This document shows, one piece after another, positions 10,866 to 23,397 of a stretch of 39,690 bases of DNA; positions within the stretch are counted from its first letter, which is position 1; each line of letters begins with the position of its first letter. The stretch lies in the NCBI GenBank assembly GCA_004431415.1, contig QPMI01000486.1, positions 1 to 39,690 on the forward strand. Reading direction: 5' to 3'. The notes beneath the pieces were generated by a model. The model worked only from the letters and a program-made list of their open reading frames with translations, was not told where the DNA came from and made no database searches. The position numbers were made by a program, and so were the translations under genes. This DNA comes from Cyanophora paradoxa CCMP329. Taxonomy: Eukaryota; Plantae; Glaucophyta.

Positions 10866-11126
10866 TTACGGTAAATCAGAGAAGAAGATATTAGCAACGA
10901 CACCATTTCGGTTGGCTCCATTTATATACCACATGTGGCTGTTACGACTCCACTTCGCTCCATTATCTTTTAAGAATTTACGCAACGTTGTGCGGCGTGT
11001 AATATTAATTCCATGCTCTTCGAATTTCCGATGATATTTGGACAGATCGCGTTTAACATGGAAATATAGAATGTCGATCGGTTGTTGTTCATGCTCACGC
11101 TTCATGGCTCTCACTACATCTACCAT
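10866..11126 (-). CDS. Small basic hypothetical protein, possibly DNA-binding
   Basis: ATG ORF tiled downstream of 11143-11469; HGINITRRTTLRKFLKDNG looks HTH-like. Confidence 0.5.
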   Translation of the reverse strand: MVDVVRAMKREHEQQPIDILYFHVKRDLSKYHRKFEEHGINITRRTTLRKFLKDNGAKWSRNSHMWYINGANRNGVVANIFFSDLP

Positions 11127-11142
11127 GCTATACTGAGTGCAT

Positions 11143-11469
11143 CTAACATGACCCAGAAATCCACAACAGGTAAATATCCTCCTGTATCATCATCGACCAG
11201 GATGATATTATACCTATATCTGTAAGGGTTCCAGTGGCTTTAACATAAGCGAATACGTTATCTGATGATCGGATTACTATTTTATGCGGTTCTTCAATGA
11301 AGAAGCCAATCGACTTCACATCTTCTCTACGAATGTATGTATTCACAAATGAGAATTGAACATGCTCACTATCAAAGGAGAAAATGACATCTAACAGTTC
11401 CACCATGTTTAATGACATTTCAGAGAGAGGGAAACTAATGATAGGGTTACCATTAAAGCGATAAGCCAT
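11143..11469 (-). CDS. Hypothetical protein (108 aa)
   Basis: ATG directly downstream of the conserved 25-bp motif at 11476-11500. Confidence 0.6.
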   Translation of the reverse strand: MAYRFNGNPIISFPLSEMSLNMVELLDVIFSFDSEHVQFSFVNTYIRREDVKSIGFFIEEPHKIVIRSSDNVFAYVKATGTLTDIGIISSWSMMIQEDIYLLWISGSC

Positions 11470-11475
11470 TGCCTT

Positions 11476-11500
11476 TTACTTTAAGCTGAGAAAATATTTT
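11476..11500 (-). promoter_or_regulatory. Conserved upstream motif AAAATATTTTCTC(A/C)GCTTANAGTAA, copy 1
   Basis: Near-identical copies at 29913-29937 and 30354-30378, each 6-11 nt upstream of an ATG on the minus strand. Confidence 0.7.
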
Positions 11501-11871
11501 CCTGTTGCCTAAATGTAGCGCGTTCTCCTTAAATCATTTTGCGTTGCCCACGGGCTTTCAATTTTTGACGATCCGCGGTGAGATTCTCACGTTTACTGTC
11601 AATAAAATCAGGCTACCTGAGCGTTTATTGTCAAGATTTTCACAATTGTTGTAAACTTTACAAGTAAATACTGTAAAACGCGCAATAAAAAAGGCGCAGT
11701 AAACAGTAAAATGGACGCCCCGATATGGGACGCGCACCCGATCCCCAATTACTTCCTAATCGACCCTGACGACCCCGGATTAAAGTGCATATGGCTTTTA
11801 CATATCCTAAGGCGACAGCTCCTTCAATTAGAGCGCAAACCAAGAAAAAGAACGCATGATAAGATAGACGA

Positions 11872-14800
11872 CTAACAGCCGAATGGAAGGCTATGTATGC
11901 CGTCGCCTGATATGCAGCGCTTGCCATCGAATTGGGTCAGCGCTATCCGCTTGCTCTCCAAATCATATAAGTGGTGGCATCGCCGTTGCTTGTTTACTAC
12001 TGTTACTGTTTTTGTGATCCCGTCAAATAGGCAGCGCTTAAAGTCGTCGAAATGCACCTCTTTCGAGGCTGTCCCGCTCATTTTACCTTGTCGTAGCTCT
12101 CAGTGCGGAAAGCATATAGCTTCGGTCGCAGCCCACATACTCCACTATCTTGACGTCGGGCATCTCATTTTTATATTTACCGGAACCATCCGGTTCTCGG
12201 GCTATAAGGGCAATCTAAATGAGGGCTGATCTCTCGCATGCCCGCTTCCAGATTCGCGCTCTCTATATACAGACAGAACGAGTCGGTATCGTGGAACAGC
12301 AGCTGAGCTTGCGACCAGGTGGGTCGGATCACGTCGTAAAAGAAGCTATAATTATGCAGCTTCGCGGCATCCAGCACATAAGCGCCAATAGCCACCGGTT
12401 TATCGAGTTTTACGTGTTTACTATACATTTCGAATGCAACAGCGCTTTCGTTTAATACATTCGTCGCTTTTACCAGTGGGCTCGCGGCGTATTTCTTAAA
12501 CAGCTTCGTGCTATTCGCGATCTTTACCACTGAGCGCCCTCGACACGATTCCAGGCATTTACCGTAAATAGCATTGTTCATTAATTTAAAGAAGTCGCTC
12601 TCGAATTTATTCCGGGCTTCCTTTCGCAGCTTCGTGTTCAGATCTATATAGGGCTTCATAAATGCAGCGGTTGCAAACGAGAGCACACGGTGGATCTTAG
12701 TAACTACGATCCCCTTTTTTACCATATAGAGCAGCATCGGCTGAGACACCACGTAATTATATTTCGGAGTAAACGAGGCGATCAGCTTCGGATCTTTACT
12801 GAGCTTCTCGCCGCTAATCTCCAAAAGCCCACGCTGATATTTCCCGAGCATGTCCGCAGTAATTACCTCTTTACTCACGATCAGCGGGAAATCGCGATGG
12901 TCGCCCTTTAAATAGTCCGGATACGCAAGGTCGACCTCTATAAATGCACTCCGCCCTACAACCTCGGTAAAAGCTGTGCTCGTGTCGTCCCAGCGATAGT
13001 CCCCGACCGGTAAAGGCTGACTTAGCGCATAGCCATATAGATTATTCGCATCCAATAGCACTATATGTTTATCCTCGCTATTAGCATCGCATATCGTGTG
13101 GGCATGGTCGCAAAGCCGCCCTAATTGCCCGCTCAATAAATTCGTATTGATCCGCATCGCTGATCTGTTCTATTGCGACCCTCGTATGCTTTAACATCGC
13201 GTCCCACGATAGTCCCGGTGCGCTCACATAATGCGTGGGATCCAGTCCGTATTGCTCATGGGCGAGCATGCTGAATTTACCGAATTTTACCATGAGATCA
13301 TTAACATCGGACGCCTGAAAATCCATGAAATTCGAGGCGTCTATAAACTTGTAAAGTCCCACTGTAAAGAGAGATACTCGTCGAAATTCTTACTTAGGAT
13401 CTCGACCGCAGCTTGTCGTCTTGCTGTGCGATTTTCCTGAATATAGCATGCCCGCACTCGTCCATCCGATCAATGACCACGGCTACTTTCGTTTGCTTTG
13501 AGATCCGCCTGTGTAAATTGCATTTTCGGCAAGCTTTCCCTATATAATCGCCGCTTTGGTGACAGTGATCGCGCACAGGGAAGTTTTCGTGGGTAAATCG
13601 CTGATTGCATATATAGCAGTGTTTGGTGATTTTATAGGCTTGCTTTTGCGCCTCTGTGAGCGGAATCATAGGTGTATTAGTAAATAGGGTATTAAACATC
13701 TCGCGGCACAGTTCCCTAACGTGGTAAACATCTGACCCAGCGGATCCACGCCCTCGAATTCGTGATTTTCAACATGCGAGCCCATAACTACATTAAGTGC
13801 CACCGACTTTACCTCTCGCTTGGTTCGATTTGGTTCATTAGGAACCGGCACCGACTCCATCTCTACCTTGCAGTAGCAGACAGTAGGAAGCCACACCATT
13901 TTCCTTAGGTGTTGCAGTCCGAAAGTAATAAAGCTTCCGGGCTCCGGGCATTTACCTTTACTCAGCCGCCAATCGATACAGCGATTAGAGTCGGTGTGGC
14001 TATCGAGTTTCTCCTGTGATCTAAACCGGGACAAGCAGGTTTCGCAGTAGAAAATGCGCCCGTCGTTTGCTTTATCAAAGGTGGTCTTTAATAGGCGGCT
14101 CAGTGACATAATCGTAATATAGTGACCCTGTCCGTTTGCGTCCTCGATCAGCAGCAGGTTTACCTTCGATTTACGACGCGGATTACTTGACATGTGCAGT
14201 GGATAAAAGGTTTGGGTCGCATTGTCGGCGCCATATATATTAATTGACAGCTCGGGATTATTGTCCTCGAAACGATCTATTAATGCAGCATCGCAAGCCA
14301 CCGGAAATTAATGCCTGAGAAGTCCAGCTCAGTCATCCACCGCCTATATTGGAACGGATCATTACGTTTGTGTCTGTTTATGTCGTTTCTGTGCAGCCAT
14401 GCGAGGATAGCGTAATTAAAGCAGTCGTGACCATCGATATTCTTAATATTTACTGTGGCTCGCTTTAATCCAATCCATTCGGGGTCTCAATGTAGCAACC
14501 GCCCATCGGCGCATATGATAAAACGACGACATGTAGCTTATCTAATTTACTGAGCCGATAGCTGTCGACCTGTATCATCTGTTCATTCATTTGCTGAGCT
14601 ACACCCACTAACTCAGTGAGAATATTGCGCGACCTTGTGATTACGAAATAATCGCTATAAATGTGTTTAGTGATAAAAACGTTAGGATCACTCACTTTTA
14701 CATATCGGCAGATGAAAGTAAGGCGCACCTTAATAGCTTTAAGCTCGTCCAGCCGTTCTTTCAGCCGCCCAGGCAGGTTTGCAGCGATGGTAGTGAGAAA

Positions 14801-15122
14801 TTCCACCGGATCTACGATTATCTGTTCATCCGCCTTATAGCTATACCAGGCGTATGCTTTATTCATTGCAAAACCGTCTTCCTCATCGGGTTCTATGACG
14901 GCTAAGCGCCGCCTTCGGTATAGAAGCGCTCCACATTTTCCAGGCGATTATAGAGCTCGTCGGCAATATTTCCAAGGTTAGCTAAGCGGGGTTTTCGATC
15001 TAAGATCGCCGCCCTCCGATCGTATTCGGCTTCGGTGATCTCGCCAGTGACTAAAAGACTACCTAACAAGCCTAATATTTCGTCTTTTTCTCTTTTATAA
15101 GGCGATTAGTTTGGCGGGGCAT
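11872..15122 (-). CDS. polB: Protein-primed family B DNA polymerase (Polinton type) with endonuclease VII-like insert, frameshifted, about 1080 aa
   Basis: Motif A LLDANNLYGYALSQPLPVG, motif B KLMNNAIYGKCLE, motif C LFHDTDSF, RDHCHQSGDYIGKACRKCNL, YGLDPTHYVSAPGLSWDAMLK and C-terminal ALTQFDGKR...SLPFG. Confidence 0.92.
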
Positions 15123-15251
15123 CTTTTACTTTAAGGGAACATTTTTATTTCGGGAAAGGACGCGTTCAAAAATGTGGAAACATATTTAAGGACAACTCAA
15201 AAAAATGACACATAGGAAAACATTTATGTGTATCAGATATAGAGAAACACA

Positions 15252-15746
15252 ATGAATACCCAAGAGATAATAGAATATTGTAAGACACTTACAAATATTC
15301 CCGTAACAGAAGCAACAAAAGAATGCACAGACAAGAACTATCTCAAATGGGAAAAGAAGAATGCGCGTAAGAAGGTAATCTTTGTTATATCACAAACGCG
15401 TAAACATCAGGACATGTTTTTACATCTTAATATGGCTTCCCAGTTTTACCATCCGCATAGGCAGCACATATGCGCATTGGTTTACAAAGGATATAAAATG
15501 TTAATACCACTTGACATTACGAAAGAGAAATGCATTGAGGTAATACAAAATGTTATATCCGGCTATTCTAAAAAACAAGATGGGGAAGTTAAGTGTGTGA
15601 TTTGTTTAGAGGTTATAGAAACGGAAGATTTAGCTTGTGCGCAGTGTAATAGTTCTGTGTGTGAATCTTGCATATCCAAAATGACTTATAAACAACGTTT
15701 TACCTGTCCAGTTTGTCGTATTGGGAGCTTGCAACAATACCATTAA
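15252..15746 (+). CDS. RING-finger protein (putative E3 ligase)
   Basis: C-terminal CVIC...CAQCNSSVCESC...CPVCR; intact ORF. Confidence 0.8.
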   Translation: MNTQEIIEYCKTLTNIPVTEATKECTDKNYLKWEKKNARKKVIFVISQTRKHQDMFLHLNMASQFYHPHRQHICALVYKGYKMLIPLDITKEKCIEVIQNVISGYSKKQDGEVKCVICLEVIETEDLACAQCNSSVCESCISKMTYKQRFTCPVCRIGSLQQYH

Positions 15747-15785
15747 TGGCAAGTGCCTAAGTTAGCTTACTGACGTTTTTTGTTT

Positions 15786-16001
15786 TTCGATAGGGTGGGG
15801 AGGGTGGGGTGAGGTGGGGCATTTTTGAGTTCCAATAAAAAATTCTCCCACCCAAACATTTTGGGCAAAAAAGACCCCACCCAACCCACCCTCCCCACCC
15901 TGTATTAACAACCATGATTTACACTGAAATTCAATGTGTTTTAAGTTATAAAAATAAGATATATCAATGTTAGAATGAAACCAGGTGGGGTGTAGGGTGG
16001 G
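15786..16001. repeat. GGTGGG inverted-box module, copy 4; candidate replication origin of element B
   Basis: G-box 15792-15820, 52-bp spacer, inverted C-box 15873-15901, AT-rich tract, G-box 15984-16001 directly abutting the helicase stop codon (16002-16004). Confidence 0.85.
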
Positions 16002-17894
16002 TCAGGCTTCCACATCTGAATCCTCGAATTTGGTGCCCCTTTTCTTTGGTTGCGGCTGAGGAGAATCATCTTCTTTAATCGAATCATCATCGATAAGCTT
16101 CAACTTTCGGAATTCAGACATCATCTCATTCCACAGGAAGTGATAGTTAGATTTTCCATTGGTCGTTTTCACTTGAATATATGTATTCGTGCGCATCTCA
16201 GTATAGAACCGCTTGCTATTATAATCGTTTTTATATTTGTTTTCAGAGATGAAGTCTTTGAACAGCTCCCATGTCGATGCAAGACCGCCCAGCTTGGTTT
16301 TCAGCTCTGTAACCCGCTCACTATCGACAAGCCACTTCGCAAACATAAGAATAATCGGTGCAGCCGCTTGCTGAACTAAGTAGTATCGGTTTGTTAGCGG
16401 TCTGTCTTGACTCCAATTGACTTTCTCGCAATTTACTTTCGTCCTGAGATACTGAACGATATTTCGAATATTTCTCATATCATTCAGCCACTCAACAAGC
16501 GGGGCGAAATAATCCTTATTACAGCGCTGTTTGTCACTCACCTCAATGACCACAAAGCGACGATCATCAGCCTCGATCTTGACAGGGACAGTATTGTTGC
16601 TTGTGAAAACGATTCGCGCGAAATTCTTCTTATCATACGAGTCTATTCCTTTGTGCTCAATTACAATCTTCGGGCTGTGACTATATCTTTGAGAAGGTCG
16701 CTATGTTCAAAGGTGTCCTTTCCGGAAGCTTCATTTACAACGATCAGAATCTTATCCTCCCGATTGTGAGCAAACCGCCCGAATAAATCATCCTTTGGCT
16801 TGGCTGTCGAGTATGCCAATGCATCACCGAGGATCTTCTTCTCAAAGGTATCAATGAGCATATTCTTTCCAGCGCCTTGGCGACCTAGGAAGATGAGGGA
16901 CACGTTATTTAGTTCCCCGGCTTTTGCATCATGTGGGCAAACCACTTTTTAAGATAATCGAATGTCTTATCATCTTCGCCTGACATTAAATATAGATGTG
17001 TCAGAAAAGGCTGAATCATCTCTTCTGTCACATCCTCGGGGGGCGGCTCCTCGAATTCTTCATGATCAATCTTGAATCCAGGGTAGAGATTAAACACAGA
17101 CTTGCATTTCGCGCTCAGCTTTGCAGGAGGCGGCAGGAAATCCATATAAGTGGATCGTGTCGCCCTTGGGTCAGTAATCCATTCAGGTAGCGTTTTTACC
17201 CACTTTTCGGTTTGGTTCTCAGTCCCCTCATTGAGAATCACCTTGTGAAACAGATGGGGAAAATGTTTGGTCGCCAATTTCGTAATATCTTTCGGTCGCC
17301 AGGATAATAGCTGTTCATCCAATACATGACAGTGCCGATGCTCTCGATGTGATGCAGCCTCGCATTTAAATATCGCAGATGGACTTCAAAGCTATCGACC
17401 ATAGGTGGAATGGGGGCAGTCTTGTAGTCAATATCGTCGGAATCCTCAGGCTGAAACGAATATTTCTTGGGGAATAGCTTATTATAACTGTCGCTGTTAT
17501 CCTTTTTCAGCCAGTAAACAATCGAACCGAATGTGACTCGCTTCCCTTCCACCATTTTCTTGCCTTTGCAAAGGCTCATGAACTTCTCATGACAGTCATC
17601 ATATTCATATTTTTCGCTTTTCTCCGAGAACTTATGAAATAGCTCTACTTGTTGCTTGCGAGGGATATTGTTGTCTTCGCAAGTATTGATTATAGCAATA
17701 CCTACGTCGATCCATGTCTTATATTCATTAGCTCGCTCGCCACTGAGGCTCATAATGACTTCTTGCAACAGTTCAAACGAAACCTTATTATCTTTGAGAT
17801 CCTCCAACACCTCCTCCTTCTTCTTCACAGGTTCTTTACAGGGCTTGTCCTTAACAGACTTGGGCGCCACCGTTTGCTTAGGTTCCTCAGGCTT
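16002..17894 (-). pseudogene. 3' part of primase-helicase: PriCT-2 plus D5-like SF3 helicase plus probable winged helix; cut off by element C, frameshifted
   Basis: RANEYKTWIDVGIAI...FSEKSEKY (PriCT-2), Walker A GRQGAGKN, Walker B LIVVNEA, motif C FTSNN, DDRRF. Confidence 0.85.
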
Positions 17895-17922
17895 TGTAAG
17901 AAGTTATATGCATTACACCCAA
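17895..17922 (+). repeat. Left terminus / terminal inverted repeat of element C
   Basis: TGTAAGAAGTTATATGCATTACACCCAA. 17900-17922 is the exact 23-bp reverse complement of 28984-29006; the 13-bp core also matches 29149-29161. Confidence 0.85.
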
Positions 17923-18979
17923 CTACCTTTTAGTTAATCCGCTTCTTAATTGATACCTTTTTCTAACAACTTTGCTGCGATTTGGTTTGATTCCCTCTTT
18001 TGCAACTTTTCGATTCACTGTGTTTGTTTTCTTTACAGCTTGAATCCTCATTTGCTGTGGAATTTTCATTATCTCATCTCGTTTCACTTTCTGTAACTCT
18101 TGTTGCTTAAAACGTCTCTTTAATTCCTCTGCATCATCTCCATTATCTTCAAGCACCTTGAATCGATTAGCATCTTTCCCAGCTACTTTGTAAATCTTCT
18201 GACTGAACCTGGGGCCTTCCTTTGAGAATGCACCTCTCTCCTCTAAAACTCTTACAGTATCTCCTGGTTTGATTTTATCGGGTTGATTCTCTTTAACATC
18301 CATGTTATGCTTGGTGGTTTTTAGGAAAATAAACATTTGCTTCTGTGGACTTGCAAACACTTGGTTTGGGAATCATTGTTCAGTGATGAATGAGGCGAGT
18401 TATTGTAAGCCTTTAGCACATCTGGGATTAATTCGACCCACTTCGAAGTATTCCTCGAGACCATGAGTTTGTTCATGTATTGTTTGAAGGTTCGAGTGAA
18501 TCGATCGATTATCCCAAGTTTATTCCCAGCAGAAATGTGATCTTCTTTCGCAACATCTGTATACAATTCGACACCATTTTCACTGCACCAAGTTCGATAA
18601 ACCGCACTGGAAAACTCATTATCCCTGCCAATCCTACAACCTTACCTGCTTCGCCCTTGAATTTATTAAGTATTCCCGGAATCTCTTCGCTGGTCTTGAA
18701 AGCATACACAAATGCCTTTCTACTTAGAATGTCAATGAAACTAAGCGCTTTAATGTATCCATAATTTGCTGTCTTAAACTTTCTGAAAAACATGACATCA
18801 ACCTGAAATGAGTATGGCTGGGCAACTATTCTTAAAAACGTAGTCTTTTTCCTAGGCTTCTTGAAAATTTGATGCAGTTCGGAATTCTTATACTTGTTTC
18901 TCAGTTCCGCCTCATCAAATTCCTTCCCTTCACTAATGAGCTTCTGTTTGTATTTTTTGTATGATAGAATATTCTCCAT
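17923..18979 (-). CDS. rve-type integrase of element C, frameshifted
   Basis: SFQVDVMFF, FIDILSRKAFVYAFK, GDNEF across a frameshift, GIIDRFTRTFK, YNNSPHSSL, PGDTVRVLEERGAFSKEGPRFS. Stop codon abuts the left terminal repeat. Confidence 0.85.
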
Positions 18980-21900
18980 TACTGGGCTGAACAGTTACAC
19001 CTACAATGTGACAAGAAACAGTTTCGAGAAATGTGAGCGATAGCATTGTTCTCCCGATCAACAGTGGCTTCTTCGAAATCCATAATATCAAAGCACCTTC
19101 TGCATCGCCCCAATTGCTTCCCATACTGCTTTTTGAACCAGTCCCAATCAACATACTCTGCCAAGGAGAACTCCCGATTGGCTTGTTTGTCTTGGGATTT
19201 GTAGGAATCGATTTTCTGAGCTTGATCCTCCTTCGTTTTCACCATTGTGGCTGCCTCGGATTTATCAACGAAAATCACAGTATCTGAGAGATTCTGGGTT
19301 CGAGTTGCTGCAACATAGAACCACTCAGCAGTAACATATGGGACCCAGTCTCGTGAATTACAACACGAGAATCCCTGATTGTGTCACCCTGAATGATGTG
19401 ACAGGTGAAAGCATGGGTCAATGCGAAATACTTGATATCTTCGCTTTTTAGAGTATGCACTTCACCCGAATCAATGTCTTTGAGAGTGAGAATTTCCTTG
19501 GCTTTGTATTCGACCACTTCGTAAACAAAGCCCCGCTGAATGATGCCCTCACTTGTTGTCATTCGCACCTTTGCAATCAGCTCCACACCTGTCTTATATA
19601 CAGGATCCTCTCCATGAATCATTTTATGCATTTTGTTGTTCACCTCTGCACACTTGCGGTTTGAATTGCATACTGAGATATCACCCTTCTCCAATGTATC
19701 AACTACTTTCAAGCCCAATCGTCTGGCAGCAATAGAAACTGGTAGTTCAGTCCTGAATAAGTCCTCCCATAACTGGTCTAATTTCTTCTGATCTGCAGCC
19801 AGTTTATGACGCTTTCCAACCTGCAGGTAAACCTCGTTCTTGAAAAGTCTATCGAAGATCTTGTTGTAGTAATCTCGTTGATTGACTGTTATGAATTGGA
19901 TGGGTGGGTTCTGGTAGGGGTCGCCTGTTGCGATGTAGAGTTTGTCTGGGAACTGCACAGTCATCACATCGCACAGAGATTCCAATTCCCTAATCTCAAA
20001 CTGGTAGATCTCATCAATAACAAAGCAATCGTACTTAGATAATTCCGAAACCTTCTTCCCAACATTTCCCTTCATTCTCTCATCATCAACATTCAAATTC
20101 AAGGCTCGATAAATAGTCATCACCTCAGGAGCATCCTGCCCCACTCTGCTTTTAGTTCCATTCGCAAATCCTTGCATCTCTTATTAGTAGGCGCAACGAA
20201 CAAGCATTTCTTACCATACTTCTTGGCCATTGCCTTTGCCAAAGTAGTCTTACCAGTTCCCGGTTTCACTCCTTTAATCAGCACATTACCTTGCCCATCC
20301 AAAGCATTTACGATTGCTGGAGGTCATACTCATCCTGGAACTTGTGAACCTTGTGAACAATCTTTTCAACATTGATGAAAGGTTTGGAACGAGTTTTGAG
20401 TCGATCAAATGTGATCATGTGGCTCTTTGGTTTTTTGGAAGTCCTCTTACTGTGGGTTATCGAGTTCATGTTTGCTGGCTTCACATCAAACTTTCCAGTG
20501 TTCTCGAATAGGTTTCGGTCAAACTGCTCGAATGGATATGGTCTATCGATTGTCAGCTCATCGGTCTTGATTGCAAGGACTCCCACTCCCTCAGAGAGCA
20601 ATTTCTTGCATAGGCGATACATGATGCCTCGCATGGTGGAGTAAATCACGCACTGCATTGGCAGGAAACCATCAATGAAAGCCCGTTCTTGTTCTTCCTG
20701 GTTCACATACCAAATCATGGGCGATTTAATGTCCTTCTCATTCTTAACTGATGTGTGTGTTGGCTTCTCTTGATCGAAACTTATAAACTTCAGGGTCCCT
20801 CCATTCTCTTCAATGAAATTCAGAGCATCATTTTTATTGAAAAAGGTGTAGGTGGTTGCTTTTCGCTGGGACTTCTTACCAAATAGACCAATGTGATGGT
20901 TGGCAATGTCTTTCTTCTCCTTGGTCGAAAGCTGACTTGCATACAACTGCTTGAAAGCCTGCAAGGTGACATTCTCGGCAATCCGATAAGGTCTTAGAAC
21001 TGCCTCAATGCTGATGTCATCCTTAATATCCTCGTAAAACTCTTTCAAAACCTCACCATACATCAGGTTATACTTTGAATCGACGAGAATCCTCTTGTAT
21101 TGATTCAAGGTATTCGCCTCACCATAATTTCTGAATGCTTTGAAGTGTTTGGCTTTCACTTTCACGGAATAGAACGAATTGTCTTCGATGTCCGAGCTGC
21201 AAGACACTTTGACTTTTTCGAATCTATCAAATGAACTGAAAACTGGAAACACCTTAAGCACTTTCGAAACGATGTGTGTGTATGCTTTGGAAATGTCGAG
21301 CTTGTGAGTATCAATGGATCCATAGGCAATGTTCTCTACCATTGTTCGGACCTCAGAGGCAGATCCAAAGAACCCAGTCAATGCACTCTGTTGCCCTTTA
21401 GTAAATGCTGCATATGTTTCTGGATTATATTTGCTCTTGTAGGGTTTGTTGATAAGCGCCCTATACATCATCTGACTCATCTCATCAAACAACTTGCGAT
21501 GCGCATCATCTGCAAGGTTCACATCAATATTTTCCATATCCACCATGTTGCCTGGTGGAAGGATAATTACATCTTTATCCTCTATTGTGTAGTGAATGTA
21601 GGTTATTGTTCCCTCATCAGTAATGGAAGTGTGAACCTCGTGATTAGCCTTTCGGAAGCTTCCCAACAACTCAAGTAGTGGCTTGTTGTATGTGATCTTA
21701 ATTTTTTCAGAACTACTATCTTTCTCTCTGGCAATGATCTTGATGATATCCTCCTCGCTGTAAGCAAAGAAGCTGTTATCGTTGAACTGTGTTTTGATCT
21801 TGTATTTCATGGCTGCTGAACCCATACTCTTCTTGGTTTCACGGGCGCCAGTTCCATTGAAAGAACGAACCAGTTTACTGAGATCCTTATTTAATACATA

Positions 21901-23156
21901 AACGTGGTCGTTTGCAATCTGCACATAAACACTTGCGGGAACTAAGTGAGAGTTGGTTCGATTCGGTTTGAAGGAAAGAGTATGAATAACCTTGTCATCC
22001 TTTCCAATTGCAATGAACCTGATGCGCCACTTTTTCAAGAAAGGAAGAAGCTCATCAAAACTCACTCCCCAATCGGAATCAGGCTTAGGTTCATATCCCT
22101 TGATCTGAGCAAAGAGCCAGTCTTTGGAGTAGTTGACCTTCTTATACTTCTTGATGCTGCGGGCATACTCAAACCCTTTGCATAGAACCTGATGTAATGC
22201 TTCGATTAAACAATCTTTGATGGTAAGTGAATCATCGGGACATATTTGGTCCATCACACACTTAGCCTGACCATTGAGGGTGTATTTCACGAAACGAGAA
22301 ACGATTTTTGGAGCCTGCCATCTCGCAGAACTCGTTCATTCAAAGGTATACTGTTTTGTTATCGCTGACAATAATCTCCTCGATTGTCATCACCTCTGGA
22401 TACTTGATGTCTGATCCATTGGCGCATCATTCGTGAAAACCTTAACGAATTGATAGTCTCGATTGCGAGGTTGCTTTGCCCAATAGAAATCAGGAAGGAA
22501 GCAATCTCGTTCAGAGTCCACAATGCAAGGAAGTTATTAAAGTCCTCTTGCACCTGTTCAAGCAATCTCACCAGCACTTGCTTGGGGCAGGAAAGCATCA
22601 ATGCGCGTTTTCCGGATTTTTGTGTTTCAATGTAAGGTGTGTCTTCGTGGATAACAACATCGTAGTTGTTTGGGAGGTTATTGAAGTCTTCAGGAATTCG
22701 GTAAAACCTCACACGAAGCGAGACTGTATCGCCATCCTGGGCCTCAATATCCCTTATGATTCTCCTTACCAGCGCTTTGAACTGCTTACTTTGCTGCTTT
22801 TCCACATTCTTCTGGGAACGAGCGGAACGTTTAGCCTTCTTATTCTGCTTGCGATCAAAGCGCTTCCGCTCTCTCGCTTGCTCCGCTTTCTTGTTTTGCT
22901 TCTCAACATTCTTAGCGGCTCTCTCAGCCCTCTTCTCCTTCTTCTCCTGCTTGCGATACAAACGAGGCTCTACGATACCTCTCAGTGTATCTCTGATATC
23001 AATCAACTTTGGAATTCTAATTGCTTTGAAAGTAAATTCTCTCAAGAAATAGATATCCTGCTCTCGGGTCAATTTGTCTTCTACTTTTGCTTGCATGTAG
23101 TAGCCAAGAATCTCATCCTGCAAATTTTTCGAAATTCGATTACTTGGTCGAGGCAT
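18979..23156 (-). CDS. Putative fusion: basic N-terminal region, divergent pPolB, SF1 (RecD/Pif1-like) helicase, HNH-type nuclease; about 1390 aa, frameshifted
   Basis: Pol motifs LDISKAY, KDIANHHIGLFGK, AIKTDEL. Helicase GVKPGTGKT, FVAPTN, VIDEIY, TGDPYQNPP, AFTCHIIQGDT, WFYVAATR. Nuclease CRRC...TVDRENNAIAHISRNC...CRCN is in frame with helicase motif VI. Linkage of 22359-23156 to the polymerase is less certain. Confidence 0.75.
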
Positions 23157-23397
23157 TTCTTTGTTCACTCTATTAATATATACCTACAAAAGTTTTCTTT
23201 AAATACTTTTATACTCGCGTCAAATTTTACCGACAAAACCAAAAGTCTCCAACAAAATAAATTTAGTCGAGGGCATTCATAAAAATAACAAAGGGTTGGC
23301 TCGATCAGCGAACTCTAAAAATAACAGAATGATTTTATTTGTGGTTCCAGCGCGGTTCCCACGGGTTTCTCAGAGCAGATCGCGCTGAGAAAAACGA

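Noticed and set aside
20290-20320. Programmed ribosomal frameshift between polymerase and helicase
   Set aside because: No slippery heptamer is evident, and similar 1-nt shifts occur throughout the window, so error or decay is simpler.
22476-23282. 268-aa plus-strand ORF
   Set aside because: Antisense to the Lys/Glu-rich minus-strand coding region; Leu-rich shadow translation.
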